Shown: positions 1 to 9,540 of the stretch, piece after piece
Position numbering within the stretch: the stretch's first letter is position 1
Layout of the letters: the number at the start of each line of letters is the position of its first letter
Assembly (NCBI GenBank): GCA_938040315.1
Contig: CALHQW010000004.1
Location: forward strand, 32,700-96,699
DNA length: 64,000 nt
From: an uncultured bacterium
Lineage (GTDB): Bacteria; Hydrothermota; Tepidihabitantia; Tepidihabitantales; DTDR01
Direction of reading: 5' to 3'
Translations under genes and position numbers: made by a program
The notes under the pieces: generated by a model
Told to the model about the DNA's origin: nothing
Database searches by the model: none
What the model saw: the letters and a program-made list of their open reading frames with translations, nothing else

Positions 1-3
1 ATT

Positions 4-1134
4 GTGGAATATCCAGAGGGCGCAAAACCAAAAAGGGTTTTAAATTTTTGTGCGAATAATTATCTTGGTTTATCAAGTCATCCAAAAGTATTGGAAGCAG
101 CAAGAAAGGGTTTAGAATCTCATGGATTTGGTCTTTCTTCGGTGCGTTTTATCTGTGGAACTCAGGATATTCATAAAATTTTAGAAAGAAAAATTGCCCA
201 ATTTTTAGGAACCGAAGATGCAATTTTATATTCCTCTTGTTTTGATGCTAATGCTGGACTTTTTGAGCCCTTATTTAATGAACAGGATGCAATTATTTCT
301 GACCGATTAAATCATGCCTCAATTATTGATGGGATAAGAATGTGTAAGGCAGAAAGATTTATTTTTCAACACGGCGATATGAAAGATTTGGAAGAAAAAT
401 TAAAGGCGACGCAACATAAAAGATTCCGAATAATTGCTACTGATGGTGTCTTTTCAATGGATGGTGATATTGCTAATCTTTCGGCTATTTGTGAATTGGC
501 TGATAAATATGATGCCTTGGTGATGATTGATGATGCCCATGCCACTGGTTTTATTGGTAAAACCGGTAGAGGAACGCCAGAGTACCATAATGTAATGGGA
601 AGGGTTGATATAATTACCACAACTTTTGGTAAAGCAATGGGTGGTGCTTCTGGTGGTTGCACAGCCTCTCGTAAGGAGATTGTAGAAATTTTAAGACAAC
701 GTTCAAGACCTTATCTATTTTCTAATACTTTAAGTCCGGTAATTGTAAATGCCACAATTGCAGTAATTGATTTATTAACGGAAACAACCGAATTAAGAGA
801 TAAATTAGAGTGGAATACAAAATATTTCCGTGAGAAGATGATGGAACTGGGATTTGATATTAAACCAGGAATTCATCCAATAGTGCCAATAATGCTTTAT
901 AATGCTCGGTTATCCCAAGAATTTGCTCGGGATTTATATTATGAAGGAATTTATGTAGTAGGTTTCTTCTATCCGGTAGTTCCGCGTGGCGAAGCAAGAA
1001 TTCGGGTTCAACTTTCTGCTGCCCATGAAAAAGACCACATTGATCAAGCCTTAGAAGCCTTTAAGAAAGTTGGTGATAAATATAAAATCCGGGGTAAGAA
1101 AAAAGAAGAAATTATTGCAATGTATGGCGAATAA
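4..1134 (+). CDS. kbl: glycine C-acetyltransferase (2-amino-3-ketobutyrate CoA ligase), 5'-truncated by window edge
   Basis: Near-colinear with E. coli Kbl. PLP-lysine region [13 protein letters not shown] and [25 protein letters not shown] motif present. The ORF runs to the window start, so about 20 aa are missing. Confidence 0.85.
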   Translation: MEYPEGAKPKRVLNFCANNYLGLSSHPKVLEAARKGLESHGFGLSSVRFICGTQDIHKILERKIAQFLGTEDAILYSSCFDANAGLFEPLFNEQDAIISDRLNHASIIDGIRMCKAERFIFQHGDMKDLEEKLKATQHKRFRIIATDGVFSMDGDIANLSAICELADKYDALVMIDDAHATGFIGKTGRGTPEYHNVMGRVDIITTTFGKAMGGASGGCTASRKEIVEILRQRSRPYLFSNTLSPVIVNATIAVIDLLTETTELRDKLEWNTKYFREKMMELGFDIKPGIHPIVPIMLYNARLSQEFARDLYYEGIYVVGFFYPVVPRGEARIRVQLSAAHEKDHIDQALEAFKKVGDKYKIRGKKKEEIIAMYGE

Positions 1135-1140
1135 ATTTTT

Positions 1141-2043
1141 TTAAAAATAGGTGAATAAATAACCAAAAATTAACGATAAAATAGCCACTAAAGAAATATA
1201 AATAATAAAGACTTTTAATCCAAATTCTTTTTTTATCACAAGTATTGTTCCATAACTGGTAATTGGACCAGCCATCAATAATACCATACCAGCGCCAATA
1301 TTTAAACCTTGGTTTAAAAAGGCAGCAACTAATGGAACAGAGGCAGTCGCACAGATATACATTAATAAACCAAAGATTATAGCAAATAAATATCCATAAG
1401 GACCGCTGAGATATTTCTTAATTAAAATTCCAATTGGTGAGATAGTGGCGACAATTACTGCTAAAATTATTCCAATAACCAATTCTAAACCAATCTCCTT
1501 TGGTAAATCAATAAAACTATATGTTAAGATTGAGATAATTCTCTTTCTAAAACTCTTTTGGTGATGCATATGAAAAAGATGGGAAGAAACTTCTTCACAC
1601 ATTGGGCAGATATCGCTCTCGTTTTTCATTCCATTTTTTACTTTTAAGAGATTGCCAATAATTCCAATAATAATTCCCATAAGAATAACTGCTAAACAGA
1701 GATAAATTGTAAATTTTAATCCTAAAAGTTTATAGGTTATTAAAATTGCTGAAATAGAAGTTGCTGGTGTAGTTGCTAAAAAGGCTAATATTGAACCTAA
1801 AGGCATTCCTTTTTTCTTAAAACCAACTGCTACCGGTAAAGAACCAAAACAACATAAAGGTAAAATAATCCCTATCAGAGATACTCTTAATAAACTCCAA
1901 ATATCCTTTTTCCCAAAATACTTATTCACCAAATTCTGAGGAACAAATTCATGGATAATTCCACTTAATAAAAAACCTAATAAAAGAGAAGGGATAATTT
2001 CAAGACCATATTGCTTTAGATTAAATAAAAATATTGAAATCAT
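1141..2043 (-). CDS. DUF318/YraQ-family predicted permease with cytoplasmic CPMC..HLFHMHHQ metal/redox motif
   Basis: Polytopic membrane protein with two hydrophobic halves separated by a Cys/His-rich loop (CPMCEEVSSHLFHMHHQK). Last gene of a coupled operon, with a 4-bp overlap with the upstream ABC ATPase. Confidence 0.6.
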   Translation of the reverse strand: MISIFLFNLKQYGLEIIPSLLLGFLLSGIIHEFVPQNLVNKYFGKKDIWSLLRVSLIGIILPLCCFGSLPVAVGFKKKGMPLGSILAFLATTPATSISAILITYKLLGLKFTIYLCLAVILMGIIIGIIGNLLKVKNGMKNESDICPMCEEVSSHLFHMHHQKSFRKRIISILTYSFIDLPKEIGLELVIGIILAVIVATISPIGILIKKYLSGPYGYLFAIIFGLLMYICATASVPLVAAFLNQGLNIGAGMVLLMAGPITSYGTILVIKKEFGLKVFIIYISLVAILSLIFGYLFTYF

Positions 2044-2711
2044 ACAATCTTTCCATCTTTTAAATTTATCTTTCTAACATTAAATTTACTTATTAATTCC
2101 CAATTATGGGTAACCACAACTACAGTATAACCTTCTTTTGAGAGAGTTTCAAATATTTTAAAGATATTAAAAGCATTTTCCGAATCCAAATTTCCCGTAG
2201 GTTCATCAGCAAAGAGAATTAAAGGTTCAATAATTAATGCCCGAGCAATTGCTACTTTTTGCATCTCTCCGCCACTTAATTGAGAAGGACGATGTTTTAA
2301 TCGGGAAATTAAAGAAAGTTTTTCGGCAATTTCATAAATTTTTTCTTTTTTGTCTTTTCTCTTATTAAAATAAAAGGGCAATGTAATATTTTCATAAACC
2401 GTTAAATGAGGAAAAAGGAGAAAATTTTGAAAAATAAATCCAACATATTTACTTCTAATTTTTTGCAATTCCTTTTCTTTCATTAAAGAAATCTCTTTAT
2501 CTAAAAAAATTATTTTACCACTGGTTGGTTTATCAAAACCACTTAATAGATTTAACAAAGTGGTTTTTCCGGAACCAGAAGGTCCAAGGATAGCAACAAA
2601 CTCTCCTTTTTTTATTGTTAAATCAATATCTTTTAATGCCCATACCCTCTCTTCTCCTCTTAGATAAATTTTGTTTAATTTTTCCGTTTTTAAAATAATT
2701 TCATTATTCAT
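2040..2711 (-). CDS. ABC transporter ATP-binding protein (LolD/MacB/FtsE-like)
   Basis: Walker [11 protein letters not shown]-loop, ABC signature [15 protein letters not shown], Walker [14 protein letters not shown]-loop VVVTHN. Confidence 0.9.
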   Translation of the reverse strand: MNNEIILKTEKLNKIYLRGEERVWALKDIDLTIKKGEFVAILGPSGSGKTTLLNLLSGFDKPTSGKIIFLDKEISLMKEKELQKIRSKYVGFIFQNFLLFPHLTVYENITLPFYFNKRKDKKEKIYEIAEKLSLISRLKHRPSQLSGGEMQKVAIARALIIEPLILFADEPTGNLDSENAFNIFKIFETLSKEGYTVVVVTHNWELISKFNVRKINLKDGKIV

Positions 2712-3867
2712 CGCTACTCCTAATTGTCTCCATCGGTCGCAAATTGATTGCCTTTAAAATTGGGTAAATACTTGCCAAAATAGCAATTGTTAAAGAATAA
2801 AGAAAAATAGTAGCAGCAATTTTCCAATCAAAATTAATTTCAATCTTTTTTGGTGAATGGGTAATAATTTCCTTAATAAAGGTTTCAATAAATTTGTTTC
2901 CACCAATCGTTAAAATTATTCCCAAAAGAGCACCAAGAATTACTAAAATCAAGGTCTCAAAAAAAATTAGTTTTACTATATCCCAATTATTCGCACCAAT
3001 AACTTTTAATAAGCCAATCTCTCTTCTTCTTTCCAACACGGAAATCAACATTGTATTAATCACTCCTAAACTGCTGATAAATAATGCCAAAATAATAATT
3101 GTATAGATTAGAGAATTTGCTTGACCGATGAGGTTTAAAATAGTACCCAAAACTTGCGTCATGGTCACAACTTGTAAATCGGGAATTTCTTCTAACTTTT
3201 TTATTACCTCCTCAATTTTTTCTAAATTTTTTACTTTGATCCCGATTGCGGTGATTAGACTTTCTTTGTTAAATATTCTTTGTACTTCCTTTAAGGGAAG
3301 AAAATAAAAACCGTCATCTTGCCCACCGGTATATTCCAAAATTCCAACTACTTGATAGATTTTATTAAATTTACGAAAATAGATTTCATCGCCAACCGTT
3401 AATTTTTCTTGGAAGGCAACATCGCTACCAATAACTATTTTATCATTCTCATTATTTTCAAAGAATCTACCTTTAACTTTCCAATATTTCTTAACCTTTT
3501 TATAACTTTCAATATCAATCCCATAAATAATACTTATCCGATCATCCTCTACTAATTGGGCAAGAAAAATTGGTGTAGCAATTTCCACTTCTGGTATATT
3601 TTTAATGGTTTTTAAATCTTCTTCTTTTAAATATTTAGGAATTATTCCGCCATGAACAATTAAAGAAGCTGCCTCATAGGGACAGCCCTTTGGTACGGCT
3701 AACATATGAACACCAAGGAGATCAAGTTCTTTAATTAAGGAGTTTTTATAACCCTGATTAAAGGTTAATAAAGAAAAGAGTAAAAAGATAGCGACACCGA
3801 TACCGAGAACAGTCAAAAAGGTCCTAATTTTTCTTCGTAAAATATTCTTAATAATTAAAATTAGCAT
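2704..3867 (-). CDS. ABC transporter permease, FtsX/MacB-type (LolC/E-like) with large periplasmic domain
   Basis: N-terminal TM helix, about 220-aa extracytoplasmic domain, then a three-TM FtsX-like C-terminal bundle. Overlaps the ATPase gene by 8 bp. Confidence 0.8.
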   Translation of the reverse strand: MLILIIKNILRRKIRTFLTVLGIGVAIFLLFSLLTFNQGYKNSLIKELDLLGVHMLAVPKGCPYEAASLIVHGGIIPKYLKEEDLKTIKNIPEVEIATPIFLAQLVEDDRISIIYGIDIESYKKVKKYWKVKGRFFENNENDKIVIGSDVAFQEKLTVGDEIYFRKFNKIYQVVGILEYTGGQDDGFYFLPLKEVQRIFNKESLITAIGIKVKNLEKIEEVIKKLEEIPDLQVVTMTQVLGTILNLIGQANSLIYTIIILALFISSLGVINTMLISVLERRREIGLLKVIGANNWDIVKLIFFETLILVILGALLGIILTIGGNKFIETFIKEIITHSPKKIEINFDWKIAATIFLYSLTIAILASIYPILKAINLRPMETIRSSDE

Positions 3868-3868
3868 C

Positions 3869-4222
3869 TCATTTAAATTCTACTCCCTTACCAACAATTA
3901 TCGGCTCACCATTTTTTATTTCTACTTTACCATACACTACCGTTTTTCTGCCCCTTCTTTGAGGAATGGCAAATTTCGAGGGTGCCAAATCGACATAAAT
4001 TTGACCAGTTTCATCTTGAATAAAAAACCAGCAACCACTGCCACATTCCGCAGTAATTTCGCCAACAATTAAAATCTCTTTATTTTGATAATTAGTTGGC
4101 GAATTGAGAATCTCTTTAATTTTGATTGGTGAAAGGTTATTGGGTATCTCTTTTCCATATTTATCTTTTGTTCCACAAGAAAATAATAAAATAATAATTA
4201 CCAAAGGTATTAATTTTTTCAT
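3869..4222 (-). CDS. small lipoprotein (OB-fold-like) with CGSGC motif
   Basis: Signal peptide plus lipobox-like LLFSC. 117 aa. Has a conserved-looking ECGSGCWFF motif. Directly abuts the FtsX gene. Confidence 0.5.
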   Translation of the reverse strand: MKKLIPLVIIILLFSCGTKDKYGKEIPNNLSPIKIKEILNSPTNYQNKEILIVGEITAECGSGCWFFIQDETGQIYVDLAPSKFAIPQRRGRKTVVYGKVEIKNGEPIIVGKGVEFK

Positions 4223-4755
4223 TTTTCCTCCTTTAAAATTTCATAAATAATCAACATTTTTTTAACAGAAAAGGCGATACTTTTTGATGCCTTCTCGGCT
4301 CCTTTTATTGGTTTAATTGTTTTATTTATTTCAATAGTATCTTTGAAACTTTTCCCTTTAAACTGGTTTAAAAAATTTTCACTTCTCAACTCTTTACTTT
4401 TTATTTCTCGGTCTCTTTGAATTAAAACTTTTTGAACACGATTTAAACTATCTAAACCAATTACTACTTCAATTGCTCCATACTGTCCTTTTTCTGTATG
4501 GGTAAGAACCGTGCCAATCCTTTTTTTATTCATAAAAATCAGATAAAAGGTGAATTCGGTCTCATCCGGGTCTAACTCTTTATTGATAAGTTTTTCAATA
4601 ATTTCCTTTTCTTTCTTATTATATCTTCTAACAACACTTTTATAACCAGTGGCTTGAGGAAAAATTTTTTTAATATCTTTATCGGGATCCCGCCAAATAC
4701 AAACACCGGCAAAAAGGATTTCGGTTATTAATAAAAATAAAAACATCTTCTTCAT
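4219..4755 (-). CDS. secreted/periplasmic protein, possible FMN-binding (FMN_bind-like) domain
   Basis: N-terminal signal/anchor MKKMFLFLLITEILFAG. C-terminal GAEKASKS resembles the S/T-G-A-T-x-S/T flavinylation motif of NqrC/RnfG-type domains, a weak match. 4-bp overlaps on both sides. Confidence 0.35.
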   Translation of the reverse strand: MKKMFLFLLITEILFAGVCIWRDPDKDIKKIFPQATGYKSVVRRYNKKEKEIIEKLINKELDPDETEFTFYLIFMNKKRIGTVLTHTEKGQYGAIEVVIGLDSLNRVQKVLIQRDREIKSKELRSENFLNQFKGKSFKDTIEINKTIKPIKGAEKASKSIAFSVKKMLIIYEILKEEK

Positions 4756-5537
4756 ATTTTAAAATTGCCTTGGATTATTGGTTTAAATTCTTTTTTAAAT
4801 AAATAATTAAACCCTAATTTTAACTCCAAAAATCTCCAATTTTTTGTCAATTCTAAATTAAAATTATTTTCTTTTTCCCAATATTTATATCCCAGTTTTG
4901 TTTCTAATTCCCAAATCGGAATAAAAGTAAGGATTAAAAATATTCCTTTGCTTTTCTTTAAAGAATAAACTAATTCACTTTTGAAATCAAAGATAAGATA
5001 AATAAGGTTAAGATCCAAAGCAATAAATTTTTCTTTTTCTTTTAAGAAAGTAAAACCAAATTTACCTTTTTCTTTATCTAACCCAAATCTTAAAGTAAAA
5101 ATTGGCTCTTTTAATTCCCAATTTTTAAAGGAATAATTAAAATCAAAAAGAAAATCTTTTATATAGCCAAAAAAAGTGGCACCAATAGTTTTCTTATAAC
5201 TTAAGACATCTTCATATAAAGGTTGGAAGAAAAGAAAATGGGTATCATAATATTTTAAAAGGGAAAAGGGAATATCAAATCTACCTATTTTCAAATTTAA
5301 ATTTCCCATGGAATTTTTCAAGTAAAGATACTCGTCTCCATAATGCTGCCAAAAATGGTGGCTAAAATGGGAGGTAAAAGGGACTTGAAGAAAAATTATT
5401 AATCGGTCAAAATCTTCTCCTAAAATGAAACGGAAATTAATCTCAGAACCATGAAGATAAAGTTCTTTTTCATACCGCCAGGTAAAATAGCCATCAATTT
5501 TATAAGAAAAACTAAGTATCAAAAATAATAAAATCAT
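4752..5537 (-). CDS. putative outer-membrane beta-barrel protein
   Basis: Signal peptide, alternating aromatic/hydrophilic pattern throughout, C-terminal aromatic residue near the end (…QGNFKI). No recognisable enzyme motifs. Confidence 0.35.
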   Translation of the reverse strand: MILLFLILSFSYKIDGYFTWRYEKELYLHGSEINFRFILGEDFDRLIIFLQVPFTSHFSHHFWQHYGDEYLYLKNSMGNLNLKIGRFDIPFSLLKYYDTHFLFFQPLYEDVLSYKKTIGATFFGYIKDFLFDFNYSFKNWELKEPIFTLRFGLDKEKGKFGFTFLKEKEKFIALDLNLIYLIFDFKSELVYSLKKSKGIFLILTFIPIWELETKLGYKYWEKENNFNLELTKNWRFLELKLGFNYLFKKEFKPIIQGNFKI

Positions 5538-6088
5538 AGATATTTCAATATCTCTTTAATTATTAAAACTATCTCTTTTGGCTCTTTTCCTAAGACGACA
5601 AATAATGGCTCCTTTCCTAAGCCAGCCGTCTCATAAAATATTTGAGGAATCTCTTTAAATTTTTTATAAAGATAATCAATTTTCCAAGGCATTGAACTTT
5701 TCTCTTTCAATTGATATTTTTTGGGTTCTTTTCCTCTCTCAATTACACCGATAGTTATTTTTCTTTTCTTAGCAACTTTCTTAACTATTTTTAATATCTT
5801 TTTATCAAACTTAAAATTGATCGCGGACCGATATTTGGGATTATACTTCTTTACTGCTAACAATAACCGAGCAAGATGGTCAGAAGCACCAAATTTTACT
5901 TTTCCTGCCGGACAAGGTTTATTGTTGACGATTGTGATCCGACCATCAACACCGGCAATATCTTTTATACTCTTTGCTTCTTTCTTGGCATAAACAAAAT
6001 TTGTCCTCACTTCTGGTATTAAAAAACTGAACTTCTTTTCTCTTTTTAATTCGTTAATTGCTTTTGTTAATTCTTTTATTACATTCAT
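5534..6088 (-). CDS. ThiN-like (archaeal-type thiamine-phosphate synthase domain) protein
   Basis: 184-aa soluble protein. Resemblance to the ThiN family (PF10120) is from memory only, so the call is tentative. Coupled by a 4-bp overlap to the PurM-like gene. Confidence 0.35.
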   Translation of the reverse strand: MNVIKELTKAINELKREKKFSFLIPEVRTNFVYAKKEAKSIKDIAGVDGRITIVNNKPCPAGKVKFGASDHLARLLLAVKKYNPKYRSAINFKFDKKILKIVKKVAKKRKITIGVIERGKEPKKYQLKEKSSMPWKIDYLYKKFKEIPQIFYETAGLGKEPLFVVLGKEPKEIVLIIKEILKYL

Positions 6089-7101
6089 AAAGTGCTAAAA
6101 TAGGCATCCCAAAAGGGGTCAACTTTCACGGGCAGAAGTTTCTCTTCTTTTCCATCTTTTCTTATAAAAATTCTTTCTTTTTCAATTACCTCACCCACCT
6201 CCCAAGCCAAAATTCCATTCTCTTTTAGGTCTTTTATCAAACTCGCCACTTTTTCTTTTTGAACCGTAATTACTAATGTTCCTTCGCTTATGGAAATTAA
6301 GGGGTCAATTTTAAAATACTCGCAAATCGTTTTTACTTCTTCTAAAATAGGGATTTTCTCTTCATATACTATTACTCCTACCTTACTGGCTTCAGCAATC
6401 TCATAGATTCCATTTAGCAAGCCACCTTCCGTAGCGTCGTGCATCGCATTTGCATACTTTCTTGCAATCAACGCATCTTTCACTACGGTCATTTCCCAAA
6501 TTAATTTCTTTGCTTTATCAATGATTTTCTGACCAATAACTTCCTTTAATTTTTCCTCTGCTTGATAGGCTAAAATTGCCGCTGCTTCAATTGCCGGACC
6601 TTTAGTAACCACTATCTTATCACCAATTTTGGCATTACTGGCAGGAGTCAATTCTTCTTTTTTACCAATCCCAAATACAGTACAACCACCATTTAAAGGA
6701 TAGGCAATTCCGGGATAAACACCGGTATGTCCGCCAATAATTGAAATTCCTAATTTATTACATTCGGAAGATATCTGCTGCCAAATTTCCTCTAAGATTT
6801 TCATATCGCTCTGAGGTGGTAAAAGAAGAGAAATTGTCATATATTCTGGTTTTACACCTAAGACTGCAACATCACTTGCACAAATATGAACAATTGCCCA
6901 ACCAAAAAAAGGCATTATCACAGGCATTCCAAAAGTGGGATCACAAGCAACAACCATAACTTTATTTTCATCAATTTCTATTACTCCGGCATCCACTCCG
7001 TGCATCGGTTTAATAATTACTCTTGGGTCCGTTTTTCCTAAATTAGGAAAAATAATTCTCTCAAACACCTCTCTATCAATTTTTCCAATTCTTGGTAACA
7101 T
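6085..7101 (-). CDS. AIR-synthase-related (PurM/HypE/ThiL/SelD superfamily) protein
   Basis: N-domain GVDAGVI…VVACDP, central IIGGHTGV (GG-D/H-T motif), PurM-like C-domain with DATEGGL. Confidence 0.65.
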   Translation of the reverse strand: MLPRIGKIDREVFERIIFPNLGKTDPRVIIKPMHGVDAGVIEIDENKVMVVACDPTFGMPVIMPFFGWAIVHICASDVAVLGVKPEYMTISLLLPPQSDMKILEEIWQQISSECNKLGISIIGGHTGVYPGIAYPLNGGCTVFGIGKKEELTPASNAKIGDKIVVTKGPAIEAAAILAYQAEEKLKEVIGQKIIDKAKKLIWEMTVVKDALIARKYANAMHDATEGGLLNGIYEIAEASKVGVIVYEEKIPILEEVKTICEYFKIDPLISISEGTLVITVQKEKVASLIKDLKENGILAWEVGEVIEKERIFIRKDGKEEKLLPVKVDPFWDAYFSTL

Positions 7102-7507
7102 GATTACTTCCCTTTATTAAATCTTTTAATGTCAATCTGTTAAGAATTTTTTTCCAATTTTCGCTTAATAATTGCCACAATCTTCTTGCTTCACAATATT
7201 TTGCTCTTTTACAAATTTTTGGATTTAAAACACAATCCACCAAAGAGATTTCACCATCTAAGACTTTGAAAATATTTAACAATTTAATCTCCTTTGGTTT
7301 TAAAGCAAGTAAATACCCCCCCTCCTTCCCTCTAACGCTCCTTACCAAACCTCCTTTTAAAAGTAGATTAATAATCTTTTCAGCATACTTAATCGGAATT
7401 GTTTGTTTTTGGGCAATAGATTTTAATGATAAGGGTCCTTTTTTGTAATCCTTCCCCATTTGAATCATCAGTCTTAATCCGTAACGTAAAATTGTTGTAA
7501 CTTTCAT
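7076..7507 (-). CDS. Rrf2-family (IscR/NsrR-like) transcriptional regulator with Cys ligands
   Basis: N-terminal wHTH (LKSIAQKQTIPIKYAEKIINLLLKGGLVRSVRGKEGGYLLA) followed by the Cys cluster CVLNPKICKRAKYC. First gene of the minus-strand operon. Confidence 0.8.
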   Translation of the reverse strand: MKVTTILRYGLRLMIQMGKDYKKGPLSLKSIAQKQTIPIKYAEKIINLLLKGGLVRSVRGKEGGYLLALKPKEIKLLNIFKVLDGEISLVDCVLNPKICKRAKYCEARRLWQLLSENWKKILNRLTLKDLIKGSNHVTKNWKN

Positions 7508-7620
7508 TTCCTACTATTTCTATCTGAATAATTATAATTAAAATTTAAAAAAAAGTCAATAATTTATTTATGACCGAATTAAGAAAGAATAAATAGGAAC
7601 TTTTGGTTGCTTTTTCATTG

Positions 7621-7648
7621 TTGACTTTTATTTTTTATAAATTATAAT
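7621..7648 (+). promoter_or_regulatory. candidate sigma70-type promoter for the mreB operon (TTGACT, 16 nt, TATAAT)
   Basis: TTGACT at 7621-7626 and TATAAT at 7643-7648 with a 16-nt spacer. The predicted start codon (GTG at 7654) lies only 6 nt downstream of the -10 box, implying a leaderless transcript or a mis-set start. Confidence 0.3.
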
Positions 7649-7653
7649 AAATT

Positions 7654-8697
7654 GTGTTTGGATTTTTTGCTTCTCTAAAAGAAAGATTTAGTAATGAAAT
7701 TGCCATTGATTTAGGCACCTCTACTACGCTTATTTATGTAAAAGGTAAAGGAATAATGTTAAGGGAACCTTCCATTGTTACGGTTGATGAAAAAAATCAT
7801 ACACCCATTGCGGTTGGTTTGGAGGCAAAAAAAATGCTCGGTAGGACACCGGAAGGCTTAAAGGCGATAAGACCAATGAAAGACGGAGTTATTGCTGATT
7901 TTAGTTTGGTAGAAGTAATGTTAAGAACTTTTATTGAAAAAGTTCAAAGAAAGAAGTTATTGGTGAGACCCAAGGTAATTATTTGTGTTCCTTCTGGTGT
8001 TACCGAGGTAGAAAAAAGGGCGGTAAAAGATTCTGCTGAAGCCTGTGGTGCTCGGGAGGTATATTTAGTATCCGAACCCATTGCTGCGGCAGTTGGTGTT
8101 GGTTTACCGGTGGATGCACCAACTGGCAATATGATTATTGATATTGGTGGCGGAACGACCGAAATTGCGGTGGTGGCTCTTTCTGGAGTGGTTACCTGTA
8201 ATTCAATAAGAGTTGCTGGTGATGAAATGGATGAAGCAATTATCAATTATATCAAAAAGAATTATAATTTAGTAATTGGCGAACAAACTGCGGAAATGAT
8301 AAAAATTCAAATCGGTTCTGCCTATCCAACTGGGCAAGAAGAAGAAATGGAGGTTAAAGGTCGTGATTTAGTTTCGGGAATTCCTAAAACAATTAAACTT
8401 ACCTCTTTGAAGATTCGGGAAGCCTTGCAGGAACCGGTGTCGATAATTGTTAGTGCGGTAAAGAAAGCCTTAGAGAAAACACCGCCCGAATTAGCCGCTG
8501 ATATTGTTGATCATGGTATTTATATGACCGGCGGTGGCTCTTTATTAAAGGGACTTGATAAATTGATTAGCGAAGAAACAAATTTAAAGGTTAATGTTGC
8601 GGAAAACCCTATCGACTGTGTGGTATTAGGTGCCGGAAAAATTTTGGAAGATATAAAAAAGAATTCCAAATTATTACTAAAAACCGATTTTTTCTAA
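7654..8697 (+). CDS. mreB: rod shape-determining protein MreB
   Basis: Actin-like ATPase motifs: DLGTSTT, DIGGGTTE, GGGSLL. Colinear with E. coli MreB. Confidence 0.95.
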   Translation: MFGFFASLKERFSNEIAIDLGTSTTLIYVKGKGIMLREPSIVTVDEKNHTPIAVGLEAKKMLGRTPEGLKAIRPMKDGVIADFSLVEVMLRTFIEKVQRKKLLVRPKVIICVPSGVTEVEKRAVKDSAEACGAREVYLVSEPIAAAVGVGLPVDAPTGNMIIDIGGGTTEIAVVALSGVVTCNSIRVAGDEMDEAIINYIKKNYNLVIGEQTAEMIKIQIGSAYPTGQEEEMEVKGRDLVSGIPKTIKLTSLKIREALQEPVSIIVSAVKKALEKTPPELAADIVDHGIYMTGGGSLLKGLDKLISEETNLKVNVAENPIDCVVLGAGKILEDIKKNSKLLLKTDFF

Positions 8698-8700
8698 AAT

Positions 8701-9540
8701 TTGTTGATATCCAAAAAAAGAAGTGAAAAAAATAAATATCTTTCTTTTATCCCTATTTTATTGTCTTTAATTATCTTTTTTTCTCCAAGAGATTTTAAAT
8801 TAAAAATCTTCCTCTTGCCTAATTCTATTCTTTTAAAACCCTTGGTGATGGTTAAGCAATTTTTATTATCTTTAAAAAATTTTCAAAAGGAGAGAAATTA
8901 TCTTTACGAACTTACTTTAAAACAAAATTTAACTTTAGCCTACTTAAAAAAAATCGCTAATTTTTCTTCCTTCTCTTTGGAATCTTTAGAAAATGCTTAT
9001 ATTATAAGAAGAGCAAATATTATTAGTCGAGATAATTCTTTAAAAAAATATTTGATTATTGATAAAGGTTTAAAAGATTCAATAATGGTAAATTTTCCAG
9101 TGCTCACTCACCAAGGGGTTGTGGGAAAGGTTATTGCTTGTAGTGATGAAATAAGCGTAATAGAAACTTTTTATTCTCCCTATTTCAGAATTTCGGCAAA
9201 AGTTCAGAGAAATGGTTATCTCACTTGTGTTGGCTGTAAAGGCGATATTTTGTATTTAGACTATTTAGATGATAAATGTGATATTAAAGAAAATGATACA
9301 ATTGTCTCTACAGAAATTGGTGGAATTTTTCCTGAGGGATTGAAAATTGGTGTGGTAAAAAAAATTGAGAAAAAAGAAAATGGTGTGTTTAATGTGATAC
9401 TTGAACCAGCGGTTAACCTATTTGCCATTAATGATGTATATCTCTTACAAAAAAGAGTTAGTAAGATTAAAAAGGATGAATTGGAATTATTATTAAAACA
9501 GTTGGAATTAAAATTACCAGAAATAAAATTTATAAAATGA
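8701..9540 (+). CDS. mreC: rod shape-determining protein MreC
   Basis: Position directly after mreB. N-terminal TM, coiled-coil region and C-terminal beta domain. TTG start as in the ORF track. Confidence 0.7.
   Translation: MLISKKRSEKNKYLSFIPILLSLIIFFSPRDFKLKIFLLPNSILLKPLVMVKQFLLSLKNFQKERNYLYELTLKQNLTLAYLKKIANFSSFSLESLENAYIIRRANIISRDNSLKKYLIIDKGLKDSIMVNFPVLTHQGVVGKVIACSDEISVIETFYSPYFRISAKVQRNGYLTCVGCKGDILYLDYLDDKCDIKENDTIVSTEIGGIFPEGLKIGVVKKIEKKENGVFNVILEPAVNLFAINDVYLLQKRVSKIKKDELELLLKQLELKLPEIKFIK

Noticed and set aside
366-662. 98-aa antisense ORF inside kbl. The same pattern appears in many other ORF-track entries, for example 2894-3106, 5721-5993, 6741-6959, 6935-7120, 7266-7448, 7944-8246, 10361-10567, 14079-14342, 14404-14598, 14779-14982, 15387-15641, 15922-16143, 20014-20277, 20403-20600, 20725-20922, 24970-25206, 26509-26697, 28056-28289, 29860-30042, 30140-30382, 31664-31846, 32176-32367, 38475-38687, 39211-39402, 41037-41243, 42407-42619, 44172-44465, 44452-44694, 48434-48667, 54235-54426, 54477-54707, 57259-57441, 57734-57931, 58324-58629, 58993-59190 and 59942-60151.
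   Set aside because: They lie fully inside, and mostly antisense to, well-supported genes with clear family motifs. Their translations are low-complexity or hydrophobic nonsense typical of AT-rich DNA, and none has an RBS or motif support.
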